DNA from: Candidatus Latescibacterota bacterium
GTDB lineage: Bacteria; Latescibacterota; UBA2968; GCA-2709665
NCBI GenBank assembly: GCA_965205485.1
Contig: OZ242180.1
Location: forward strand, 3,456,001-3,520,000
Direction: 5' to 3'
Length of the DNA stretch: 64,000 bases
Part shown: piece after piece, positions 42,705 to 50,800 of the stretch
Layout of the letters: each line of letters opens with the position of its first letter
How positions within the stretch are numbered: the first letter of the stretch is position 1
Position numbers and translations under genes: made by a program
Notes under the pieces: generated by a model
What the model saw: the letters and a program-made list of their open reading frames with translations, nothing else
Database searches by the model: none
What the model was told of the DNA's origin: nothing

Positions 42705-43787
42705 ATGGAAAAGATCCGCCCCATCCGCGAGTCGGAACTCGAGGAACTCCTGGACCTGCTCTGCGCCGTGCACAACCCCGACGGTCGCGAGCGTTACCGG
42801 GGTTACATCGAAGGCGACCCGACGTGGCGCCCGTCCCACACGCCGGTTGTCGTTGTCGACAATCGGATCGTATCCACGCTGCGCATCTGGGACCGCCGGG
42901 TCCACCTCGGCGCCACACCCGTCCGCATGGGCGGCATCGGCGGCGTCACCACGCATCCTGAATACCGTGAACGCGGCATCGCCACCCGCCTGATGGAGCA
43001 TGCGGCGGAGCACATGCGGGACGATGGATACGACCTCGGTCTGCTCTTCAGCGCGATTCCTGCGCGCTTCTATCTACGTCTTGGCTGGTGCTGCGTCCCG
43101 CTCATGGGTTTTCACGCGGAGTTGCGACGTTCTCCGAACCGGGAGCGGCACGCACTCGAAGTCCTGCCGTTCGACGAGAGCCGGGACCTGGAGGAGACGG
43201 TCGCGCTCTATCAGCGTCACAACGCCGGCCGGAGCGGCACGATGCTGCGTCCGCGTCCTTATTGGGACTATGCGCCTTCACGCGTGCGGGGCGTGCTGCC
43301 CACCACCGTCGTCCGCAGTCCGTCGGGACTCTGTGGTTACATGAACTGGGCGCGGAACGGCGACGAAGCGACGGTGTATGAGATCGCTTACGACAACGCG
43401 CCCGCCCTTGAAACCCTCGTTCAATGCGTGATTGACGAAGCCGGGGTTACCCGGGTCCACGGCGTGATTCCCCACGGCCACCCCTTCGTCGACGCTCTGG
43501 TCGCCGCCACAGACGCCGATCTGAGACTCGGGGGCGACAACTCGATGATGGTCCTGCCGTGCGACGTCGAGTCGCTGATCGCCATGACCGTACCCGATGC
43601 AGCGGAGCTGGCGCGCAGGCTGCCCGTCGACCTGGTGTGCCGGCTCCTGTTTGGAGAGTCCTCGGGCCGCGACCTGGAACCGATCCTTCGAGCCCGTGGG
43701 GTACCGCTTGAAGCAAGGGAAATTCGCCAACTCGAAGCGTGGTTCCCCCGCCGCGAGGTGATCTTCTGGGCGCCAGACCATTTCTGA
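42705..43787 (+). CDS. Eis-like tandem GNAT acetyltransferase
   Basis: MGGIGGVTTHPEYRERGIA, FYLRLGW. Confidence 0.85.
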   Translation: MEKIRPIRESELEELLDLLCAVHNPDGRERYRGYIEGDPTWRPSHTPVVVVDNRIVSTLRIWDRRVHLGATPVRMGGIGGVTTHPEYRERGIATRLMEHAAEHMRDDGYDLGLLFSAIPARFYLRLGWCCVPLMGFHAELRRSPNRERHALEVLPFDESRDLEETVALYQRHNAGRSGTMLRPRPYWDYAPSRVRGVLPTTVVRSPSGLCGYMNWARNGDEATVYEIAYDNAPALETLVQCVIDEAGVTRVHGVIPHGHPFVDALVAATDADLRLGGDNSMMVLPCDVESLIAMTVPDAAELARRLPVDLVCRLLFGESSGRDLEPILRARGVPLEAREIRQLEAWFPRREVIFWAPDHF

Positions 43788-43806
43788 TGTCGCATAAGGA
43801 ACAGAA

Positions 43807-44754
43807 ATGAACACTTCGGTGAATATCTTCGGCGACTTTGGAAGGGTTTTGCGATCGGACGCGGTCTTGCACGCGATTCTTGACGCCGTGAATCAGACGG
43901 TAGAAATCACTTCAATCGCGAGCGACGTCGAGCTGTTCGTCCAGGAATACGGATTGAGAGCGGTCCATCTCAGGGGGTTGCATCGAGCGACAGGTCTGGT
44001 CGTCATCATAAAGGTCGGAACCAGCGCGCGAGAGAACTTCTGGTGTTCGGAACTTCATCGCCTTTGCCCGGACCTGGTCCCAAGAGTATACGCCTCAGGG
44101 TTCCTTCTAGGGGGAATTGACGTTCATTGGCTGGCATCGGAAGCCATTCCGTATGGACCTCTGGGGAATTCATGGAACGGCAGGGAGTTCGAGTTGATGC
44201 TCGATGCAGGGACTCGTTTCTATCAGCAGGCGAAGCGGATTGAAGACTCAACGCTGGACGTCACGTCGCGGGCCGAAGTTGCTCGCTGGCTGGAAGGAGC
44301 AATCCGGCAGCGCTGTCCGGGACCCGTCGACGGGCTTCTGTTGAGACTCGATGACCATTGGGAGTTTATCCTCGCGAAGTGTGGATCCGAAACCGCCTTC
44401 GAAGACTTTCACCTGTGCAATGGCCTGATGAGAGATCCGCCGCCGGACGGGGAGCGCGCGGTCCTGATCGATATCCACCCGAATCGCCGCCCGTGGATTC
44501 TGGATCCCGCGTATCTCCAGGTCTTGAATTCGGGGGACAGGAATCGACCCGGCCACAGGGACCTTGTCGCCAGAATGGCCGCAAAACGCCGCCAAGCGGG
44601 ACTCGCGAGCCTCGAGGGTTCAGACCTGGATACTGCAACAAAGATCGCGCTGGGCTGGATGGCCGCCCGGCAATGGCAACCTGAACGGGCGGATTGGGAG
44701 CCTGACTATCGCGAAGCATATCAAGGGTTCATTGCCGATGCCGTAGGAGTCTGA
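43807..44754 (+). CDS. Kinase-like (APH superfamily) hypothetical protein
   Basis: IIKVG, EDFHLCN, AVLID. Confidence 0.6.
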   Translation: MNTSVNIFGDFGRVLRSDAVLHAILDAVNQTVEITSIASDVELFVQEYGLRAVHLRGLHRATGLVVIIKVGTSARENFWCSELHRLCPDLVPRVYASGFLLGGIDVHWLASEAIPYGPLGNSWNGREFELMLDAGTRFYQQAKRIEDSTLDVTSRAEVARWLEGAIRQRCPGPVDGLLLRLDDHWEFILAKCGSETAFEDFHLCNGLMRDPPPDGERAVLIDIHPNRRPWILDPAYLQVLNSGDRNRPGHRDLVARMAAKRRQAGLASLEGSDLDTATKIALGWMAARQWQPERADWEPDYREAYQGFIADAVGV

Positions 44755-44784
44755 CTATCGGCGGAAGCGGTCCTTCAAAGAAGC

Positions 44785-44816
44785 CAGCCCCGTGTATAAC
44801 GACTGACACGGGGCTG
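44785..44816. terminator. Hairpin between convergent genes (probable bidirectional terminator)
   Basis: CAGCCCCGTGT-10 nt-ACACGGGGCTG perfect 11-bp stem. Confidence 0.7.
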
Positions 44817-44849
44817 TTGATTTGTCTTTCCGCCGCCGGCGAGTGGACG

Positions 44850-47192
44850 CTAGAAGAAATACAGCTTGTAGTTCAGTTTCAGGCTGCGGCCGGTTTCGGG
44901 CATCACGGACCGGACGCGCGAAAGGTGGTTGCGGTATTCCGTGTCGAAAAGATTATCCAGGGAGAGGATCAGGCTGTGGCGGGCCTGATTCATGTGGAAA
45001 TCCCGCTGTACGTAAACGCCGAAGACCGAATAACCGTCGGTGGGATCCTCGTAGGTATCCACGCGTTCCTGCCCCGCGGCCCATTCCATGGTCCCTCCCC
45101 CGGTTAGCCAGTGGTGCCTGTAGGTTGCGCTGCCCACAAACTTGAGCGGCGGCATTTCCGGCAGGGGCATGCGGTCGTTCCGATTTTCGCCGCGCACATG
45201 ACTCAGTTTCATCTCCAGTTCCAGGCGTGCGTTCGGACGCCATTTCAGGTGGGATTCCACGCCCGTCATTCTCGCGTCTATACCTTCCGCGGCGTAGATG
45301 GGGAGTAGTTGGGCCCAGTTGATTTCTCCCGTATTTCGCGGCGCGATGTAATTGCCGAATTCATTCCAGAATCCCGTGAAGACCAGGTCGAATCCCGGCC
45401 GCAGGTAGTGCAGGAAGGCCTCGGCGCCGAAACTGCGTTCGGCGTTGAGCTCCACATTACCCTTCTCAAAGGTGTAAGCGGCCAGGTGTGGACCCTCGTT
45501 GTAGAGTTCCTCGATGGTGGGCGCGCGCTGGGAGCGGCTGAGGCTGAAGCCCGCTGTCAGTTGCTCTGTAATCGGTACGAGCGGGCTGAATGCCGCGGAC
45601 CACGCATGGAAGGTACGGTCTACGTCCAGCCTCTGGTTGGTAATCAACTGGCTGCGCGGGTCGAAGGCGGCATAGGCGTACCGGGCCGCGGCCTGCAGTT
45701 CGATATTGCGATAGATTGTCTCGTGATACAGACCGAAGTGGACGTCCTGCCTTCGCGTGGGCGGGGTGAAGACAAAACCACCCAGCTTGAGATTGCGGTG
45801 TTCGAAGCCTGCGGTGAGAACGGTGTTCTGCTCCCTGTTTCCCGAGTTCAGGTAGAGTTTGAGATCGCCGCTGTAGTCATGAAAAAGGAATTCGGATCCG
45901 ATGCTGCCGCTTGACTCGTACTCGACGTGGCGATAATAGGCCTTCGTGAAGCCCGCCTCGAATCTGTCTGCCGTTCTGCCGTCGAACCGGTAGACAACCT
46001 TTCCGTCGAAGACCCGGCGTATGATGTCGAGATCCGCGCCGTTGGGATGGGCGCCGATGAAGCCGCCCGGAATGCCATACTGAGTTTCGAATTGATCGAA
46101 GGAGCCGCCGACGTATCCCCGGTCGCCCGCGTAGGACGTGCCGAGAGTATATGTGCGGGTGTTGATGGGCGTATTGGCAAGGCGGCCAACCGGTGTCCGG
46201 ATGTCTCGGGTATCCCGGTAGGTGGTCTCGGCATACAACGCGAGCGGCCCCACGGGCGCGGTGAGAGCGGCGGACGAGAAATAACCCCGGTTCGCCGTTT
46301 CCCCGTAAGCGCCCACGCTCCCGAAGAAGCGCCCCGGTCGTATTTCTGGTATCTTGTGTTTGACGACGTTGATGACCCCGCCGCCGGCCGTGGACGTGTG
46401 CAGCAACGTGCGGGGCCCGCGGATGATTTCCAGGCGTTCCGCGTTGAAGGTTTCGACGGTGACCGCATGATCGGCCGACGTTGCGGAGAGATCCTGAGAC
46501 TGAATGCCGTCGACGTTGATCTGTACACGGTCGCCGCTGAGCCCGCGGATAACAGGCCGGGCGGGCGCCGGGCCCATGCTCCGGATGGCAACGCCGAGTT
46601 CGTTCTTCATGGTCTCGGCCAATGTGATGCTGTATTTCTTCCTGAGTTCGTCGCCCGAAAGCACACGGGTGGCCTCGTGCAGTTCCTCAAATAGGGTTTC
46701 AGCGCGTTTGGCCACAACGTCGATGGGGTCCAGCCTGTGGTCCAGCCGCGCCAGTTCCAGATAGACAACGGGGTGCTTCGCAGCCGAGATGTTCAGTTCC
46801 TGGCGCGTTTCAAGATAGCCGACGTGCGTCAGTGACAGGCTATGAATTCCCGGTGACAGATGAAGCACGAACCGGCCTTTTTCGTCCGTAGACGTGCCCG
46901 TGGTGTGATCCTCGGAATGGACGTTCACGTTCCTGATCGGCAGTCGGGTTTCGCCGTCGAAGACATACCCTTCGATCAACACGCCCTGATTTGCGGAACA
47001 GATTCCCGTCAGACATGCCATTGCCAAGAACGCGAGCGCCGCGCAGAAGATAGGAAACCGGAGCGGGGAACGACGGCTGGCGCCGTCGCGCGGGTAGGGG
47101 CCTTCCCTTCCACGACCGGAAAGGAATACCGCAAACAACGCCGCCGCTGCACCCAATTGACTGGATGTCTTCACTCTAAGTGTGCTGAACAT
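44850..47192 (-). CDS. TonB-dependent outer-membrane receptor, ZnuD-like, with N-terminal carboxypeptidase-regulatory-like domain
   Basis: RPVIRGLSGDRV, SADHAV, IIRGP..LL, GPHLA..FE.GN, NLFD..YRNHLS, terminal F; ATG 47192 with AGGAG RBS. Confidence 0.9.
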   Translation of the reverse strand: MFSTLRVKTSSQLGAAAALFAVFLSGRGREGPYPRDGASRRSPLRFPIFCAALAFLAMACLTGICSANQGVLIEGYVFDGETRLPIRNVNVHSEDHTTGTSTDEKGRFVLHLSPGIHSLSLTHVGYLETRQELNISAAKHPVVYLELARLDHRLDPIDVVAKRAETLFEELHEATRVLSGDELRKKYSITLAETMKNELGVAIRSMGPAPARPVIRGLSGDRVQINVDGIQSQDLSATSADHAVTVETFNAERLEIIRGPRTLLHTSTAGGGVINVVKHKIPEIRPGRFFGSVGAYGETANRGYFSSAALTAPVGPLALYAETTYRDTRDIRTPVGRLANTPINTRTYTLGTSYAGDRGYVGGSFDQFETQYGIPGGFIGAHPNGADLDIIRRVFDGKVVYRFDGRTADRFEAGFTKAYYRHVEYESSGSIGSEFLFHDYSGDLKLYLNSGNREQNTVLTAGFEHRNLKLGGFVFTPPTRRQDVHFGLYHETIYRNIELQAAARYAYAAFDPRSQLITNQRLDVDRTFHAWSAAFSPLVPITEQLTAGFSLSRSQRAPTIEELYNEGPHLAAYTFEKGNVELNAERSFGAEAFLHYLRPGFDLVFTGFWNEFGNYIAPRNTGEINWAQLLPIYAAEGIDARMTGVESHLKWRPNARLELEMKLSHVRGENRNDRMPLPEMPPLKFVGSATYRHHWLTGGGTMEWAAGQERVDTYEDPTDGYSVFGVYVQRDFHMNQARHSLILSLDNLFDTEYRNHLSRVRSVMPETGRSLKLNYKLYFF

Positions 47193-47194
47193 AA

Positions 47195-47421
47195 TTGTTC
47201 TCCTGTGTACCGGAATCTCACTTCGTCCCGAAACGCGCGTGAGCATCCGCCGACGCGGTGGACGAACTGCGGATTTGCCGGTATGATGGCGAAATGTCAA
47301 GTTGCCAGGCCGCTTGCCCGCCATTGCGGACGTATCCTGCACCGGAGAGGGGCGGGATTGCATTTTGCCCAATCCCGAGAGTCTACCTGCGTGCAGAACC
47401 GAGCCACACTTCTGCACGCGC
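47195..47421 (-). ncRNA. Candidate cis-regulatory structured RNA, copy A (5' leader of the TBDR)
   Basis: Paralog of 49538-49749; shared hairpins with compensatory changes. Confidence 0.55.
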
Positions 47422-47428
47422 GGATTAG

Positions 47429-47588
47429 CAGCCCGTTGACAAAGTCCATCCGGCCTACGGCCGGCCCTTGCGGCCGAAATACCGCGTTGCGCTCCCTCGC
47501 CGAATCGAGGGATGGGACTCGGTCGCGCGCCTTGTCTTCGACCACAATGGCTCGGCCTCGCCTGCAGAGCGATTTTATCAACGGACTG
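47429..47588. mobile_element. 160-bp MITE
   Basis: TIR CAGCCCGTTGACAAAGTC / rc CAGTCCGTTGATAAAATC (15/18); TTAG duplicated; absent from the paralogous leader. Confidence 0.8.
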
Positions 47589-47649
47589 TTAGAGCCAGTG
47601 CCGACCTGGAACGAACTGTTTGAAAAAACCTGGAAGTACGGAAGACGTG

Positions 47650-47964
47650 TCAAGAAGACACGTGAGACACGGGAGGTGCGCGTCCGTCGGGCAGAAGGAG
47701 GGAAGAGCGAGATGAACGAATCGAGGAAAAGCCCTGCCTGATATACAGAAAGCAAAGTTGCAGCACGAGCACTGCCGGCGGAATGATGCTCAGGTTGCTG
47801 AACCAGGCGCAGACGGCACACTGTTGTTCGTGATCGTGACATGGTTGACCGTGATCGTGATCGTGTTCGGGGAAGACGGCAAGCAGGAATACCGCCAGGT
47901 AGGCCGCGAATATCACGAGCGCGATAACAACAACCGGATGAATCCGTCCGGAGGAAAAAGACAT
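47650..47964 (-). CDS. DUF2946-like (CruR/CutF-like) upstream ORF, copy A
   Basis: N-terminal hydrophobic segment, HDHDHGQPCHDH, CAVC, C-terminal LLPDGRAPP; precedes the TBDR. Confidence 0.8.
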   Translation of the reverse strand: MSFSSGRIHPVVVIALVIFAAYLAVFLLAVFPEHDHDHGQPCHDHEQQCAVCAWFSNLSIIPPAVLVLQLCFLYIRQGFSSIRSSRSSLLLPDGRAPPVSHVSS

Positions 47965-48268
47965 CCTGCGGTCTCCAGATAAGCGCAAACGAACCTGGTT
48001 ACAGCCATGAACACACTGGCAACGTAACCTCCGAACCCATCCCTTTCGTCCCACAGGACGTCGCACCGGCCTGGCTCGGGTGATCTCGTGCCAGAACCCG
48101 GACCTGCCGGCCCGGCAGGTGGTAAATCGTGAGGTCGGCCTGCCGGGGCTCAGGGATCATACGGACAATCTCGGCAGAAGCTTTATCCTGTACACGTCAG
48201 TCATCTGCAATGTGCTCCGACCTTGCAGACGGAGGGAGGGCGAGAAAACCCTCCCGCAGCGTTTTCTG

Positions 48269-49534
48269 CTACGGCGCGGTGATCGCCACCGAAATGGGCG
48301 CGAATTCGTCCTCCGCCTCGCCGTCGTGGAAAATGGAAAGTGTAATGGTGGTCGTGCCCGCTTTCTTGCCGATGAGTCTGAAGGCCCAGTATTCGGGGGC
48401 AACAGGCGGATCGATTGCGAGCAGCGCGGTGTCGGCCACCGCGATGCCCAGCGTGCGATCGGGCGCTTCCGGCTGAAATTCCACGTCGTGTTCGTCAAAG
48501 AAGAACGTCGCGACGTGGTCGGTTGTGTCGCCTGCGGCAACGGCAAGGGCCTCGGTGGCTTCGCCTTCTCCCTTAACGGGCGCCTGTGTAAGCAACTCGC
48601 CGCTGTCTTCTTCCTTAAGCCGAACGCCCACGGGTTCGCCGTGCTGTCCCTCCCGTGACTCCACGTGTACAGGAATGGGCCGTGTACGGTAGTCAACGTG
48701 CCCTTCGTGCCAGACTTCAAATACAATCGTGGTTTCGCCTTCCTGCAAGCCGCGCAGGTGAAACTCGAATGTACCCTCGTCGCCCTCGTCCTGAACGACT
48801 TCGAGAACGTCGGGGTTGGCAATGGTCCAGCCGAACGTGAATTCGGGATCGTCCGGCGGGTCTTTTTCATCGCCGTGTTCGTCCAGAAACATGATGCGCC
48901 AGTGAGGCGTCAGGCCAATCGGGGCCGTGAGTTCCGATGCCCGACCTTCGCCCGAGTCGATCTCGCCCTGGTAATAGCGAAAGAATCGAACGCCGGATTC
49001 GATGATGACAAGCCCTTCCGCATTGAAGTGGGACGAGTGCTCTTCTACCACGTATACCGGGAGCGGTACCGTGGTGAAGTCGATGTGCCCTTCGTGCGAA
49101 ATCTGAAGCTTGATGGTGGTTTCGCCATCTTCAAGGCCGCGCAGGGCGAAGACGAATTTACCCGCTTCCCCCGCGTCCTGGACGACCTCCACGATCGACG
49201 TGTCCGCAATCTCCCACGTGAAACTGAAGCCCTCGCCGGAGGGGGGCGCCATTTCGTTTCCGTCTTTGTCCAGGAAGCGGATGCTCCACTTGCTGGTGAC
49301 TTCGCCGTGAGCGACCGCCAGGATTTCCGCCCGACCTTCGCCCGCGTCGATCCTGCCCTGGAAATAACGAAAGAAACGCTCGCCGGAGTCGACGAGGACC
49401 AGGCCTTCGGCTTCGTAATGCTCTTCCTGTTGAGTGATGGGGCCTTCTTTACCACAACCGGACGCGAACACGGCAAAAACCGCCGCCGTCACAATCCAGC
49501 GAAGGGATGTTTTCAACTTCAGCATGCTGATCAT
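48269..49534 (-). CDS. His-rich lipoprotein with three repeated Ig-like domains, putative metal-binding
   Basis: Lipobox-like FASGC; repeats EEHYEAEGL / SHFNAEGL / QHGEPVGV, GETTI, HEGH(I/V)D. Confidence 0.7.
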   Translation of the reverse strand: MISMLKLKTSLRWIVTAAVFAVFASGCGKEGPITQQEEHYEAEGLVLVDSGERFFRYFQGRIDAGEGRAEILAVAHGEVTSKWSIRFLDKDGNEMAPPSGEGFSFTWEIADTSIVEVVQDAGEAGKFVFALRGLEDGETTIKLQISHEGHIDFTTVPLPVYVVEEHSSHFNAEGLVIIESGVRFFRYYQGEIDSGEGRASELTAPIGLTPHWRIMFLDEHGDEKDPPDDPEFTFGWTIANPDVLEVVQDEGDEGTFEFHLRGLQEGETTIVFEVWHEGHVDYRTRPIPVHVESREGQHGEPVGVRLKEEDSGELLTQAPVKGEGEATEALAVAAGDTTDHVATFFFDEHDVEFQPEAPDRTLGIAVADTALLAIDPPVAPEYWAFRLIGKKAGTTTITLSIFHDGEAEDEFAPISVAITAP

Positions 49535-49537
49535 TAT

Positions 49538-49749
49538 TCAATTCCTGTGTACTCGAGTCTCACTTCGCCCAGAAGGCGCATGAAACTCTGCCTGTGTGGC
49601 ATACGAACTGCGGTTGTGCCGGCAGGCAAATCCGCCGGGCCGGTCATCTGGCGTTGCGGATGTAGCCTGACCCGGAGAGGGCGCGAATGCACGCACCCAA
49701 TCCCGAGAGTCTACCCGCGTGCAGAACCGAGCCACACTTCTGCACGCGC
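49538..49749 (-). ncRNA. Candidate cis-regulatory structured RNA, copy B (5' leader of the lipoprotein)
   Basis: 53/54 identity with copy A over 49696-49749; covarying RBS-proximal stem. Confidence 0.55.
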
Positions 49750-49801
49750 AGTTCGAGCCAGGGCCGACCTGGAACGACCCGATTGAAAAAACCTGGAAGC
49801 A

Positions 49802-49965
49802 AGAAGCTGTTTTAAAATTACCGGTGAGTTCCCGAGCGCGAGCGAAAAAGTGGCGGTCAAGGCGGGAAAATCCGCCCATATTTGTCTATACGGGTGGATT
49901 TGACCAACGCCGACCGGCACTTTTGCAGCCGTGCGAAGACCGCTGGGAATTTTAAGACAGCTTCT
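49802..49965. mobile_element. 164-bp MITE
   Basis: TIR AGAAGCTGTTTTAAAATT / rc AGAAGCTGTCTTAAAATT (17/18); absent from the paralogous spacer. Confidence 0.8.
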
Positions 49966-49994
49966 AAGGAGGACGTGTCAGGAAGACACGCCAG

Positions 49995-50155
49995 TGTTCT
50001 GTCCCGGAAATAAGTTGCCTGAATTCGACCGCTGAGTCGCCCGGCTCGCGAGGCGCCGGAGCGCAGGCGACCTGCGTATGGTCGGCGAGCGACGGGAACG
50101 TAGCGATACGGGATGAATCGGCGGTCGAATGGTGAGGAATTTCTGGGACAGGACA
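49995..50155. mobile_element. 161-bp MITE
   Basis: TIR TGTTCTGTCCCGGAAA / rc TGTCCTGTCCCAGAAA; CCAG duplicated; right end recurs at 24217. Confidence 0.8.
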
Positions 50156-50165
50156 CCAGGTTGGA

Positions 50166-50477
50166 TCAGGACACGGGAGGTGCGCGTCCGTCTGGCAGAA
50201 GGAGGGAAGTGCGCGGGGAATGGAACGAGAAAAAACCCTGCCTGAAATACAGAAAGCAAAGCTGCAGCACGAGCACTGCCAGCAGAATGATGCTCAGGTT
50301 GCCGAACCAGGCGCAGACGGCACATTGTGGATCATGACATTGCTGATCATGATCGTGACATGGGTGTTCGTGATCGTGACCGGCGAAGGCGGCAAGTAGA
50401 AAAACCGCAAGGTAGCCCGCGAATATTGCAAGGGCGAAAACGACAACCGGATGAAGCCGTCTGAAGGGCGAAAACAT
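50166..50477 (-). CDS. DUF2946-like (CruR/CutF-like) upstream ORF, copy B
   Basis: HDHEHPCHDHDQQCHDPQCAVC ... LLPDGRAPPVS; paralog of 47650-47964. Confidence 0.8.
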   Translation of the reverse strand: MFSPFRRLHPVVVFALAIFAGYLAVFLLAAFAGHDHEHPCHDHDQQCHDPQCAVCAWFGNLSIILLAVLVLQLCFLYFRQGFFSFHSPRTSLLLPDGRAPPVS

Positions 50478-50524
50478 CCTTACCTTCTCCGGAAGAACAA
50501 AGAACTTACAGGAATTCAATTCGT

Positions 50525-50553
50525 AGTATACACGAAACGATCGGCTTCGTCAA
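50525..50553 (-). promoter_or_regulatory. Sigma70-type promoter for the metal-uptake locus
   Basis: Minus strand TTGACG-17 bp-TATACT, about 50 nt upstream of uORF B. Confidence 0.7.
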
Positions 50554-50609
50554 GTAGCCGGAAGCCGGAAAGCAGCCGCAAAAATGGCGCCGCACTCGGG
50601 GAATTGACC

Positions 50610-50638
50610 TTGACACCTGATTCGTACCTGCGTATATG
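50610..50638 (+). promoter_or_regulatory. Sigma70-type promoter, divergent
   Basis: TTGACA-17 bp-TATATG. Confidence 0.55.
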
Positions 50639-50800
50639 AGTGTGATTCCTCACGTTTTTATATGGCAACGATGCGGCTGGTGACGACGCGGCCGAAGTCG
50701 GACTGTTTGCACTTGATAATCCTGCCGCAGACCTGGCGTCCGAAGCGGATCGAAAGATAATCGCCAATCTGAACGTGCTATTTGCAATGTGCCAAAGACG

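Noticed and set aside
47193..47417. 855-aa TBDR N-terminal extension from the ORF track, and similar long starts at 6937, 21958, 52474 and 53240
   Set aside because: The extensions run through non-coding leaders or repeats; downstream starts match the domain boundaries and most have better RBSs.
47195..47421. Cobalamin riboswitch upstream of the TonB-dependent receptor
   Set aside because: No GGGAA..GGUG..AAUCC, GCCACUG or B12-box pattern in the sense strand; the receptor looks ZnuD-like rather than BtuB-like.
49594..49737. Pseudoknot between the conserved loop GUGUGGC and GCCACAC in leader B
   Set aside because: Leader A keeps only CCAC at the equivalent position, so the pairing is not supported by conservation.
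48665..49786. Long antisense ORFs (also 13954-14970, 50516-51508, 61129-62232)
   Set aside because: Shadow frames of GC-rich genes, with no recognisable motifs.
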